Source of the DNA: Yuukianura sp. NJ FZ-2021
Taxonomy: Eukaryota
Assembly (NCBI GenBank): GCA_046563655.1
Contig: CM102290.1
Coordinates: 7,068,001-7,132,000, forward strand
Reading direction: 5' to 3'
DNA length: 64,000 bases
Positions 34,994 to 48,795 of this stretch are shown here, in pieces. Below the pieces are notes generated by a model that saw only the letters and a program-made list of their open reading frames with translations, ran no database searches and had not been told where the DNA came from. The number at the start of each line of letters is the position of its first letter. Within the stretch, counting starts at the first letter, position 1. Made by a program: the position numbers and the translations under genes.

Positions 34994-37372
34994 ATGAGAA
35001 GGCGTCAGAAGAGTAACCATCGTAGTGATATTGGTACTGGTAGTAGTAGTAACAAACCATACTCAACGCGTCGTGGAGCTCGAAAAAACAGCGATCCTTC
35101 TGACCTCGACGCAGAACACGACTCCCAAGCCCTTCAGACACAACAAGGATCTAAAATGGGACTAAGTCAAGAGGATCCATTGTCATATACAGCTCTTCGT
35201 CAGGAGATAAGAAGCGAAGTCTTCAATGATTCCATTATTTTCGACACTCAAATCTCCAATTTCCAGAACTCAGGCAAAATAATATCAGAGTCCGCTTCTA
35301 TCAACAGAGACGGTGAAAGTGTCCGTCTCTTGAAGGATGACGAGGATGAAGATAGCGATTCAGACGAGGAAGATGCTGTTGTCACTATTTACGACGACAA
35401 AAAGTCGGAAACTTTTTGGTCAATTACGTTGGAGATTTTCTTTCCGTTTCTAATAGCTGGGCTGGGAATGGTGGGGGCTGGCCTCATTTTGGATGTGGTG
35501 CAACATTGGGCTGTGTTCCTTCAACTTCCGGAAGTTTTTATCCTGGTCCCAGCCTTACTAGGACTTAAAGGGAACTTGGAAATGACACTGGCATCTCGAT
35601 TGTCCACGCAAGCCAATCTTGGAAATTTGGATTTACCTAGTGCTAAATGGGCCCTAGCTATTGGAAACCTAAGTCTCGTTCAGGTTAGTTATGAGAAAAT
35701 TAATCTGCATTCCTCATTTGACACTAAGCTAATAGTTCAACTAATTAATGAATTGCTCTTTGAAGTGTCAGGCAATAGTTGTGGGGTTCTTGGCGTCCGT
35801 CGCGGCAGTCATTCTTGGATGGATTCCTCAAGGGAAGTTTGACATGAGCCATTTTTTAATCCTATGCTCCTCCTCTGTCGTAAGCGAACACTAATAAGTA
35901 TTTAAAGCCTTAAATTACAATAAAGGTGAAGATTAATTATTTTACACTTCAATTAACAGGCTACTGCCAGTCTTGCAAGTCTTGTTCTCAGCACAATTAT
36001 GATCGGAATTATAATTCTCTCCAGGTAAGGTATTAGCAGACACCGGTATGAACGTTTTGTGCTTTTAAACATGTAATTAAACGCTATTCTGTACAGGAGC
36101 TTGAAAGTAAACCCAGACAATGTTGCCACACCAATTGCTGCCAGTCTTGGGGATCTAACTACATTGTCTGTCCTTGCCTGCATATCCAATACAATTTTCA
36201 AGTGCATTGGTAAGATTTCAATTAAACCTGAATCTTATTCTCGTTCTAGTCCACTTTTCGTTGTGTAGGTAATGAATGATTGAGGAATTATACAATTTTT
36301 GTTTCAACCTACAGGAACTCATGCGTGGTTGGCTCCGTCAATCCTTCTGATGTATCTCATGTCCATGCCAGTTTGGGTAATCCTAGCCAAAGGCAACGCT
36401 TCCACAAGGAAAGTGCTTCTCAATGGATGGATTCCAGGTTAGTATGGAAAGCTTCGAATAATGGGGCCATAATCGTTTTAATTGAAACCGCTACTATATG
36501 ATTTTCAGTGTTAATCGCAATGGTGATTTCATCATTTGGTGGATTAATTTTGGACTTCACTGTCAAGAGTTTCAGTGGCATCGCCGTGTTTCAACCGGTG
36601 ATCAGTGGTGTGGGGGGTAATTTAGTAGCGGTTCAAGCGAGCCGGTTGTCAACATCTCTTCATCAAAATGGTAACGCCCCGCACAATGCTCTATTTTATC
36701 TCATTTGAATACAAAAACAAAACCATTGTCATGTTTTCGTTTTTTTAAAGCTCGATTGGGAGAATTACCTAAAAGTATTACTCCAGTGTGTACAAACCCG
36801 ATAAGTGTATTTTTCGCAGAAGGTGAGTACCCAAGACCTAATTTAATTTGGAGTTTATCTACAACTGAGACGTTGTTTTCAGAAATTCAGTCTGTCACTG
36901 CACGAGCACTGATTCTGATGACCGTCCCTGGCCATCTCGTGTTTATGATGTTCCTACAAGCGGGTCATGGTCATACCTCATTCACGCCCGTGTTCTTTCT
37001 CACTTACTTGCTAGCCGCCCTAATACAGGTAATGTTGTTGCAGTATATTAAAATTATAAGAAAGAAAAGCAATTGAGATGTCAATTTATTTCAGGTGATT
37101 CTGTTATTATACATTGCTGACATCCTAGTTAAAGTGCTATGGAAGAATAAGGTACCATTTCTACTCCGAATACTTTAGAGCTACTTAAATGCTAAACAAT
37201 CGAGACCTTGGACATACATGTTGTGTCCTTGACTTTTACTCAGGTTGATCCCGATAACTCAGCCATCCCCTACTTGACAGCACTTGGTGATTTAATTGGA
37301 ACAAGTTTACTAGCATTGGCTTTCTTAATTCTATTTTGGATCGGAGATAGAGACACGGATGTGGGGGACTAA
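34994..37372 (+). CDS. SLC41A: SLC41 family (MgtE-like) magnesium transporter, paralog 1
   Basis: [94 protein letters not shown] and the C-terminal [10 protein letters not shown]. The start ATG at 34994 is a best guess. Confidence 0.95.
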
Positions 37373-38259
37373 TTTCTCATTGTCATGGATAACTCTCAAT
37401 TCACCACTTCCAGCAAAACGCTTATAAAAGGTTCGGATACCAACTACAGTAGTTGACCTACTGATAGTCATGACTAACAAGCCAACTGAATTTGGTTGCG
37501 AATTCAAAATGTTAGACGAAGAATGCTCATTTAGAGGAGCTCCTTACTGTACTCTTCTTCAATCTTGTATCATTCCAGTTACTTCTTTTACATCGTGACG
37601 AATTACTTTTTAAGTGGTGCGCTATTTATAGTACTTAAGAATCTAATCAGGGCCTCCACCAGCCTCTAGTCTTTCAAAACCTAAGACCAATTTAAGAGAA
37701 AATCTTTAATCAAAAAGTATTACAATTATAAATGCATGTGATGACAAAAAAAATTAGGTGCGTACAGTGTTGGAAATAGGTTTGGATAGGTCAAAATGTT
37801 CAATGGCGAAAAGTTACTTCCTCAGCAGTCATCAATCCTCTAAGATCTAGTTAAATTTAACGTTCGTTTAAATATTCCTTACAAAGTTACTAACTTAAAG
37901 TACATATTTTGTTAAAGGGTTGATGGAAAGCTAGGGCAAAGTAGTTTTCGATTCCTCCTAGAAACGTTTGCTGAATTTTTGGTCGTAAGGGCATGTCTCC
38001 CAAATCCATGATTCTTCGTATATGCATTTTACGAGACGCATTTCTACCAAATTCCCTATATTTTCTTACATGTTCGATGTAAACAAACGTATCAAGTACG
38101 AATGGAATAAAACTTTCGTTGAAAATTTCCGAAGCGAACTGCAAAAAGAAAACTCGGTCCAAGATAGATTTTTGTTTTTTAAATTTCAACTGTTTATTAC
38201 CAAGTTCAATCTCGGGTCAAAATGTTTGACAATTTCCTACAGAATGTGCTGGTCTCTTC

Positions 38260-41257
38260 TTAATAATCGTTTGTTCTCCGTTTGGTTCTTACAGTTTTAT
38301 TTCTCGTCATGGACTTTTTAGTAAGTTTGGTTAAAGGTGGTACCAGATAAGAGCTGCTTCCTTCTTTAGTAATTAGTGACTGGATTGATTGGACAATGCT
38401 GAAAATATTGTAAGATGAAATGGGATGCCATTGCCGGGCGGCACAAAGGCGTTGCATAGGAACAACTTCCAGAATAGTTCGTTCTGAATTCGCTTCTACC
38501 CCCTTCAATAACGTATCTAGGCGACCTAAATGACTTCTCAAAGCATGTGGACCAGATGAGGAAAAGCCTTGAAAATTGAATAGGTGGATTCCGTGCATCT
38601 TTTGTGCCTTGTCGATCACAATGAAGATCTACAATGTAGTCATGTTTATAAGCTACAATTTGGAATTCCTCATTCCTAAGAATAGAATAACCAATTCATT
38701 TACCTTAGAAAAGGCTCTTGTGAGGAGGAAGATAAGTCCAACATGAAGTCTTGTCAGGAGGGGATACTGACAAAGAAATGCTGATTCTCCTAATGTCAAT
38801 GTTTGGAGGAAGCCCAAGAAAGCTTGAAGATTGTCTCTGGTCATGTCAACGTCATTCCGAAGTAGAAAATCATTAGGTGTCTCATGGAAACATATAATCC
38901 TTGCCTCGGACTGAAATTCCTAAAGTAGAGTTATTAATTTCAAGTTAAAACTCAGCACTGCAAATACTCGTTGGACTAGGTTGGTTGCCGTAGTTAATAT
39001 CTGATTGATAGAACTTACCTCAAGCCCCAGTAGAGTATTAATCCGTTTCGATCCATGATCGCAACGGTGCTGGTTTACGGGAAGTATCAACTTGTCATCT
39101 CGAGATCGCAGAAGCAGCCTTAGTTCTTCCCGCAGGCTCAGTAGGCGTGAGTAACAAAAACGCGAACTTCGGATGTTTTTATATGAACGCCCAAACTGAA
39201 AACGCACTGGGCCGTCATAATACTGCGAGAATATAATACAACTTGAGAATTCACACCCTACTGTTTGTTGAAATGGAACTCAATAAGAATGTATTTAAAA
39301 CTGCGACGTACCTCGATCTCTTCCTTTAGTCCAGAGATGTTGAAATGAGGCTGCAAGTAATTCCCAACGTTTCTTCCAATCCAGTCGAGTTGCTTTTGAA
39401 ATACTTCAATTGCTGAACTCATGCGCTCCTGAATAGTGTACTTGGTTTGCTCTATTGGATCCATATGCAAGGATGTTAGACCCTGGAAGATTCAAAACCA
39501 CGGATCTCAACACACAACGTAAATCTTATCGACAAATGATGCTTACCCCTTCGTAGTTGATTCCTTTAAACAGTGTATGTTGCTTCTCAAGGCGAATTAA
39601 AGGGAATTTTTCCAAGTACATTTCCATTACTACCAATTGTCGCCGCCTTAGCTTTTTGTACAACTTTGGGCCTGCTGGAAGAGCGGCCACATTCCTCTCA
39701 ATGACTGACATTTGGGTTTCAGCGAAGAACAACGCAGCGTCTTGCAAACGAATCAAGAATGTTCTAGGTATGTTTGCGATCCCGAAGAGAGCTTTACTTT
39801 CAGTCTTCTCAAATTCACCTGGAATCAAACCAAAAGTAAAGGTCAAGGTAACTGGCCGCTGAAACCACCATGTTACTGATCTAACTTAAGTTACCCAGCG
39901 AATCCAGCAGCAAGTCCAGCTGTACTTTGAACTTGGATCTCCCCAAGTATCCCAATGATATAACATAAACTTCCGAGTTACCTTCTTTGCTTGTAGCGGG
40001 TTTAAACAGATGAACCTAATAAGTAAAACGACTATAACATCAACGGAATACATTCACAGGAATAATTACTAATAAAAGATGTTCCTTATTCTTACCTCTC
40101 GAAATGTGCAAGCGAGCAAGTAAAGTTGGCAAATTGTCTCACACTCCATGAACGTAAATATCTTCAGTACAAACGAACCACCTAAAATAGTCCCATGAAT
40201 TGAGTTTTATTTTTTTTAAATAAAAGACTACTTTGGTGGCACTCACCTTCCGCCAGTATTAGGAGCGATGTAACTATTTCTGCCATGTGAAGACGAGCTA
40301 CTAGTGCTTCCTGTTCCGCTGGATTGCCTTGGCAGTCAATACTTCCGTCTGCAGTAATAAAATGGACGTGTTGCATACCTTTTTCTTTAATTTCAAAGTC
40401 TGATAAATGACGTATATTGTCATTGTCTCCCGGAATAAGGTTTCCAGTTCCATCCTTAAGGAAAGTCCAATTTTTCCAGCTATGCAAAATGAGTTTATCT
40501 TCATTAATCATTTGTGCGACATCGTTTCCCTCAAAGTAAGGACAGAGAGAAGTGGCAAGCCAGTTCCACTATGAAACAATCTAAACTGAGAATGTAATAT
40601 GGTGTGTAACTTTAACTAATGAAAGAATTAATTGTCTTACTTTTAAATATGGCATGTTCTGGACAATGAAATGATTCGATGCAGAGATAAAGGCTCCAGG
40701 TACTTCACAGAGATGCACGGAATTCAATTCTGTGAGGATACCTTGTCTGTACAAGTCCACTACTATAGCTGGAATCACTGGGTAAGAATATAGGCACTCC
40801 ATGAATTTGGACCAAGCCTAAAATTGAAAACAAAACAGTAAATATAAAGTAATATTTCATTGAATTTAACTCATACAAAAGTGCAGAATTCGGGATTGAA
40901 ATGAGTCCGCAAGGTCGGAACAACTAAAGCGGCATTGTTCATTGCTCGGGTGTGTTTGTGCCATGATACAATCTCCATTTCATTCAGCAGCGCTTTCGTT
41001 TCATTTAGACGCTTCTTCAGAATATTTAGCTCGGGAATCTAGTGTTGAAAAATTAGATTAGTATATTTTATTCCCCGGATTTGTACTTTCTTAGAAATGA
41101 TACAAATTACCTCCCAATTATTCTCTCGAAACCACGTAGCCGAGCCCGGAAGACTAAATTCATCCTGCCGAAACTTAATTTGCCTTTTTTTCTGAAATAA
41201 CATCTCCAAATCCGCGAAAGTGTTGTCGTAGTCCTGTCCATGAGTTGGATAATTCAT
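38260..41257 (-). CDS. CMTR2: Cap-specific mRNA (nucleoside-2'-O-)-methyltransferase 2 (FtsJ-like; adrift orthologue)
   Basis: [91 protein letters not shown] and C-terminal ILEVVPM. The 3' end is uncertain (38260, or a spliced extension to 37890). Confidence 0.92.
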
Positions 41258-44200
41258 CGTCAAGCGATGTGGTTCGTTTCGTCCTTCGTCGCTGCAATTA
41301 CAACCGCAGTACAATTCCTTTCCGATTCATGCTTGACTCAGAGTCTCAGTGTGAGAGGGGAATGCCTGTCCAGTTCAACGTCAAAATAGTGAACTATTCG
41401 ATTTTTCTTATTCAACTCCCTAACAATAAATGACATGATCGTCTTACCTGACGTCATACTATCAAAACCGATTAGCTAAGAAACAGTATTTTCCTGACAG
41501 TTATTGCGTTTGCGACCGGCCAGTTGCGACCAGCAATGAGGTAACAGACAACTTGTAGCTCCCCGATTGTTTCGCCTTGATGAATTGGATATCTCTGATG
41601 CAGTAAACACATCAACAACATCCATCTAACTTATGATTACGGTCGATGACGAAAACGATTAGTCCGTTTTCCGTTACCAAGTACCAACTATTCCGATGAA
41701 CTTTGTCTCACCTATCCAATTCGCAAAGTAAATCACATTAACACCATACTTCGGCACTTTATTTTTCTTCCGCTCCAGTTCCTGCAAACCCTGACCTTTG
41801 AAGCCTACCGGTTTCGCTCTTAGTATCCCATTCTGTTTCAACCACCTTCCGCGCCAGCTTCTCCGATCTCAGCGGTGTTCTAAACGCCTTCTGCTCCCGC
41901 TTCACCGATTTCCGTTCTTTTTATCCACCGCATACCCGCTCCTCTGTTTTTGAAAAGATCGGAATTACACCCTCGCTGTCCGATCCTAACCAACTACTTC
42001 ACAAGAAAATGAACGGGTTCGGCAGTGGCATTTTTGTTCCGCTCCTGTTCCTGCAATCCACATTCTTTTGGCCTAACCTGTAGTTCCCGCTCCTTCGCAT
42101 TCCATATGTGCCTTCAACTTCAATCCTTGGGACGGAGATTGGTGGTTTCGAATATCCAGGAGAGGGCATTGGAAAGTGCCGAACTTTGATCCAAACACAA
42201 CGATAATTCAATTACAGCTGGAAAGGGTATCTCCAATGGCGTCATAAATGGGCAAACAATCATTGCTTAATTGTATCAGTCAAATTTTAAGCAGACTTAA
42301 ACGCAAAACGTCGCGTCGATAAATTCTGATTTAAAGCACTACTTATTAGTTAATTAGCATATTTTCTTCAAGAAACAAGTTAGTAAAATTCTAGTTTACA
42401 TTTACTGAAATTGTGCAAAGTGCAAGTCCTTCCAATTTCAGAACTTCCGCTTCCCTCTCTTGGCCATTCCTCTTCTCGAAAATCTTTAGTATTTTCATGT
42501 CGTTTAGGTTACGTTTTGTTATCTGTCGACTAATTAACTTTTGACTCCATTTTTGGTGACTTTTGTTGTTAATGACATTACCACCTAACCATAGTTCTCA
42601 TCGTTTAAGGTAGCGATGTCAGCATGGGACGATGCGCCCTGAGGTCATGATGCCTTCGCCATTGTTTCCTATCATGTTGGCGTGATGATTCATCTAGGAT
42701 AATTGTTGTCTTTCTGTTTAGAACAAAGGAAGTCCAGGTACCACTTTCACGATTGTCTTTGGAGTAAAAGTCAGTTGAAGGATAGGAGTGCGGCTTGTTG
42801 GCCTTTAGAAAGGAACTCAAGTTGCTAAGCGGCGTCGGCTTTCTATTGTCCAGAAATTAGACAATTTAGGGCTGAAAGTTTCATTAGATGCTTTAAGTGC
42901 CAAACTTAATAACCTAGGATTGTGAGAATCAAGTGCCATCAGTTTAACTACAAGATCATCAGTAAAACCTGTAGCCAGCAATTCGGCACTTCAAAGGGTG
43001 TGATTTGGGAAAGTGGATTTGATTCTCCCGTAACAGGACAATTGCCCATCAGTATTAAGCGTCATTCAATACTATCAAATATTTATTGACATTTGGCGTC
43101 ATTTGGATTGAATACCAGTTCCCAAGGTTCACAGCGTAACTACTATTGTTCTCTGACACTTCTTAAATTGTCAATTAAATTCTCATTCCAAAATAGATCA
43201 ATTTGCAATTAGTAGTGTTTTCGTCTAGTTTTGATCACAATTAAGCTACTAATCTAACTCTCGAGACTGGAGCGACGCAGGCAAAAATCAATTCCAGGTA
43301 AGTAGACTTTTTAAATATGCTTCTTATTGTAGCATACACATTAATATTTTATTAATATCCATGTATATAATCTATAGCTCATCCATAAGCAGAATTTGTG
43401 TTGTGGTAGGGTCAAGAAACAATGACCTTTTGATGCTATAGACAATGAGTAATTAATCTTTTGCGGCGTGTAGACCGAATTCTACGAAGAATGATAGTTT
43501 CACTTGACCTCCATTTTGACCTCTGACTCTTTCTTTAATTTGAAAATATCAAGTGCAACGTATGGACAATTTTTTAAGTCATTCACGTCTCAGCATTTCT
43601 TCGGGAGTGCGTTAACCTTGACACTTCCAAGTTCCAACAACCAAATTTTATCATAAGCGAAAAGTCGCTACAGCTAAAACAGAAAGTTTTCTAGACACAA
43701 GCATTGTGGTATAATGTTTCATTTTCCACAACGTCTTGAAATTTTTTGAAATTTGAAGTAATTTCCATTGAAGCTTGAATTTCATGTCAACTTCAAACTT
43801 TGGAAACTTGAGTTTTAAAAAACATACTCCTTTTCGGAGTAGCGGAATTTTTTAAGTTCAGAATTCATATCAATCGGACATTGCACCTTTGAAAATACTT
43901 CTAAATACATAAACAAATTGTTTATTTTTGGCCTAGCGTGTATTCTTTGACAATGAACTCCAATGAATTTGATAACGTATTAGTAGTTGGAATCCGTGTA
44001 AAATCTAAACTCGAGATCACTTACAAATAGTTAAGTACTAACGTTAGTGGTATTGCGTTTGTTTTAAATCAGGAACGCGATAGCGTCATTTCATAAGACC
44101 ATAAAGCAAAGGCAGGACGATGATAAAGAAGAACTTCAGATCATGCAGAATGAATCTTCAAAAAAGAAATACTTTTTTAAATGGAAATTGTTAATTAAAC

Positions 44201-44379
44201 TGCGATAAATTGGTTTGACAAGTGTGGAAACGTAGGCGTATAAATTGCTACCAGAGATGAAGGTTTCACACGACCGCTTTATAGTTCATTTAAAATTTTT
44301 TCCGTGTAATCTGAAGTCTACCCAATTCTGAGTTCTGAATTGACCTAAAATTAGAACAAACTAACCTTTTTTGAACTAG

Positions 44380-44660
44380 TTTTGAACTTTTTTCAAAATT
44401 TTGAACTTTTTCAGTTTTGAACTTTTTTCAAAATTTTGAACTTTTTTCTTTTCGAAATTTCAAACTTTTTTCAAAATTTTGAACTTTTTTCAAAATTTTG
44501 AACTTTTTTCGAAATTTTTACTTTTTTCAAAAGTTTTGAACTTTTTCAGTTTTGAACTTCTTTTCGAAATTTCAAACTTTTTTCAACATTTCAAACTTTT
44601 TTCAAAATTTCTAACATTTTTTTTTCTCGAAATTTTTAACTTTTTTCAAAAGTTTTTAAA
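44380..44660. repeat. Degenerate minisatellite, about 19-bp unit TTTGAACTTTTTTCAAAAT
   Basis: More than ten imperfect tandem copies; each unit is partly self-complementary (TTTGAA...TTCAAA). Confidence 0.85.
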
Positions 44661-46127
44661 GTTGGCAGCCGGACATACGGTAGTTCAGAATTTAACTTTA
44701 ACATAAACTAAATGCCTATTAATCAGAACGCTTAGTGTTATACTTTCTTCCTGTTTTCATAATCTCCACGTCAAGATGCTGCACCTCCTTAACGCAGTAA
44801 TGAGGTGGGATTTCTTGATGTTTCCTTATCATGCACTAACCGAAAAGTACTGGAACAGTTAATTATTAAAAGTTAATTAATGGGAACCAAACTAACCTTA
44901 ATCATTTGGTTCCGGTTAGGAAATCTCTGTATAATAGCATCATGGGAACTAGTTTCAAAAGTTGAAATGTTAGTTGATCACTTTATGGCCAAAACCTTTG
45001 GAAAAAAAAGTTTGTTTTTTAAGTTTTGTGGAAAACTCAACGCTTGTCCTTGGCATTTGAAAAAAGTTATTTCTGGTCGTTTGGTTTTAAAAGACAGAAA
45101 ACGACAGAAGCCAGAAAAATGCCTCTCTTTTTTAACTGGATTATCGCTGGCAAAAACTCTTGGACTTTGGTAGTTTTGTTAAGCGTATTATAGGATTTTC
45201 ATCAAAACTCAATGAGAAACAACAATTTTATGTAAGTTCAAAATGGATTTTAGGTGAACGGGATTTTGTGAATTGACGGGTACCATTACTCTTCTTTTCA
45301 GCTTTCTTTCGCAGCATATAACCATTTCCATTTTGAGCTGCAAAAGTCGATAATTTCTTATTCCGGCTCAAGGTGTTTGTTTGGTGTAGTTTTCTCTTGG
45401 TGAAATTCACTTTCCCTGTAATCCCCTTGCACAGAAGAATGGAATTCTTGTGCATGGGTGTTGACTAGTAAAATATTTAAGTGTAGCGTCCGTTAAAGTT
45501 AGGTTAAATTGATGGCTTTAGCTGAATCGGTAGGTTCTTTCTACCTTTTGTCAAGCGACAGTTCCGAGGTCACGCCACTACTCTGAAGGTTGAGCAATTA
45601 AAAGGCCTATCAGTTTGTAGTCCTTATCGTACATAGTGTTGTAGAGTCAACAAGGTGTTTCTGACGTGACCTTTACTTCTAAGGTCAATTGTAACAATGT
45701 AATCCCAGTGGAACAGTGTGTGGATGGATAGGTCACTATATTTTGTTCGTCAGTCCTAACCTTCCACACACGAATTGTCAGTGTCACAAATGTTCCGGGA
45801 AATAATGGTAAATTTTTGCGATTGTTTGATTACAATTATGATAGTGAATCCACTAAGCATAACGAACTTGATGCTTGAAAATTTCTGTGCGAAATTATTC
45901 CAGGAAGTTGTTTAATCACTGAAAGTTTGAATTGCTTTATGCGTAGTATAATTTGGGTTTTTACGAAGATGTAGGCATTTTTACGTTTTAGTAGTAGTAA
46001 ATAGTCGGATGGACATTTAAACAGTTTTCAGTAAACTGTTAAATTTTTTTTGAAATGTTAAGAATCCACTTCTCTAACTTTCCGAATCTCAATTTGCTTT
46101 TTCTTGTCGTTATTTTCGTCAACTGTC

Positions 46128-48795
46128 ATGATTCCTGCGCAGGATCAAAATGTTGAAACGGACAAGACGAACTGGTGAGGATAAACTGCTAATGTGTGAC
46201 CCCTGCAAACTTCCAGCCTTTCGAAACGCATCACCACACGCTTTTAGTAGACTTTTAGTGAAAATTATGAAAATCCAACGTCTCAGCATGAATCCGGTTG
46301 TTGTGTTATTTCAAAATTTTGACCTTAAATGACATATATTTTTTTTATGATGATGCAGGGTTAAAACCACCGTATTGGAGGAGATGCTTCTGGACATGAA
46401 GGGCTACGACAATAATTGCGACGTACAAGACTCTGACGACATTCCAGGTCAGACAGAATGCCTTCCAGCATTTGACATTGCTCAGGCCGGGAATTCTGGA
46501 CAAGGGACAAAAGGTGACCAGAGTTTGGAAGACGACAATGGAAACCTCACTCACATTGCCATTGATCTCCGCGCATCTAATTCAGAAGAACATTCAACGG
46601 GTGACCTGAAGAGTCGGAATTCCAGCGAATCGCTCATTTCGGAAGAAGGAGCCGAGGGCTGGAAGCGCATGACTCTCCAGATATGTATTCCTCTTTTCTT
46701 CGCCGGCCTAGGCATGGTTTTTGCTGGAAAAATCTTGGATGTTGTAAAGGTATGACGTATGACGCCAAAGTTTTAGCAATAGACACTACTTTCTTTAAAA
46801 AATATGTTGAATTTGAAATTTTACGTTTCAAATTTCAACATGTCAGGAATGGCCAGTTTTCCAAGGCGTTCCCGAACTTCTTGTGATGGTCACCCCTCTG
46901 CTTGGACTCAAAGGTAACTTGGAAATGACACTGGCCTCCAGATTGTCAACGCATTCCAACCTTGGCAGCATGGACACATTTAAGAATCTATGGTACATCA
47001 GTACTGGGAATCTCGTCCTTATTCAGGTTAGGTCAATCAATGTTAAGCCAGAATTAAGGTTCAACCAATCATGTTACCTTCAATGTTCTGCACAGGTTCA
47101 AGCAAATGTTGTTGGGTTTTTGACTTCCATCGTAGCAGTGGGACTGGGTTTTGCTGTAAATGGCGTTTTTGATCTGGATCATGCGTTTCTCCTGTGTGCA
47201 AGCAGTATGCTTACAGCATCTATTTGTTCCTGGATAATCGGTAAGCTTCATCAAGCAAAGTTTCTTCAAATTTTCAGTTAAGAAATTACCAAAAACCAAA
47301 TTTTGTTCTGAGTAATTGGATTTTTGAAACAGGCATCATAATGACGGCTGTCGTCATCTCCGCACAAAAGTTCAATTGCAACCCTGATAACATCGCTTGT
47401 CCAATCGCCGCCAGTTTTGGAGATGTAAAGCTTCATTGTACTGAAAAACCTAAAGTTAACTGGAAGTACTCCTAGGTGATTAACTAATCTTTTCTGCAGG
47501 TCACGACTCTCGGACTCCTAGCGTACCTGGCATCGTTCCTGTACGAGGTCATGGGTAAGAACCTTATACAGCTACTGTATCCTGTCACCTACTTGAAGTC
47601 TAATCGGTTAAAAGCCGGTTTAAGTGGTTGATTGTTTATTAACTTCAGTTAATTGTGCATAATATTATTACCACATGCACAGCATCGCTGCCATGGGTGT
47701 CTCCTCTCGTCATAATTGCCTGCTCCATGGTCCTTCCTGTCTGGATCTGGATTGCCAACAAAAACATTTACACGAAAAATGTAAGGTTCGTAATTAGGAC
47801 TGATAGACGTTTCAAATGCTTCAATTACTTACTCTTGCTTTGGGCTCAGATTCTGCGCAATGGCTGGCTCCCTGTAATAGTAGCAATGATGTTCAGTGGG
47901 TGAGTTCTCTACCGGAGTGAAACTTTTTTCACCTTTGGCATGTCAATTCACATTACGCTTGAACTGACGATCCCATATGTTTTCGTTTTCAGTCTAAGTG
48001 GAGTCGTTTTGGATTTGGCAGAAGGACACTATCCAAGGATAGCCCTGTTTCAGCCTGTAATTTACAACAAAAATACAACATTTCATCAAAAAATAAGCTA
48101 AAAGTGTTGCGTTTTAAGGTGATAAACGGCGTCGGTGGAAATCTGGTGTCAGTCCAGGCAAGTCGACTCTCAACGTACCTTCATAAGCACTGTGAACCCG
48201 GGAAATTGCCACGACGACAGTCCGAACCCGGCCAAAAAGACGTAGAGGAACGCTGCGTTGACATTTGGCTTACTCCATGGAGCGTCTTTGCTAAGCAAGG
48301 TTGTAGTCAAGTCATGCACAAGGTAATCAGTTTAGTAGGAAATTATAATGTAGATTCGTACGCAGGCGTGCACTCCCTCTCGGCCCGAATTCTTTTGCTG
48401 ATCGTGATTCCTGGGCAGGCAGTATTCTTCATGATGTCATTCGCTATGTCCGGTGTCACCGACGTGACACAACTGTCAATTGAATTCTTCGTTGCATATT
48501 TAGTAGCCGCTGTTCTCCAGGTAAGACTTCCACCATCTAAAAACAAGCAACAAACTTTTCAAAATGAAATCCCGAAATACAATTTTGAATTCACTTACGA
48601 TTGATAAAATCGTGGGTTTCATGTCATCAGGTAATGATTCTTCTCTACATTGCACAAGTTATGATCCATTGGTTTTGGTCACGCAAAATTGACCCTGACA
48701 CTAATACAATTCCATACTTGACCTCACTGGGTGACCTCATCGGAACTGCATTCTTGTTCCTTGCGTTTCACATCCTGTACGGAAGCGGAACGTAG
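46128..48795 (+). CDS. SLC41A: SLC41 family (MgtE-like) magnesium transporter, paralog 2
   Basis: [74 protein letters not shown] and [19 protein letters not shown]; stop TAG at 48793-48795. The first exon (ATG 46128, phase-2 join to about 46359) is tentative. Confidence 0.93.
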
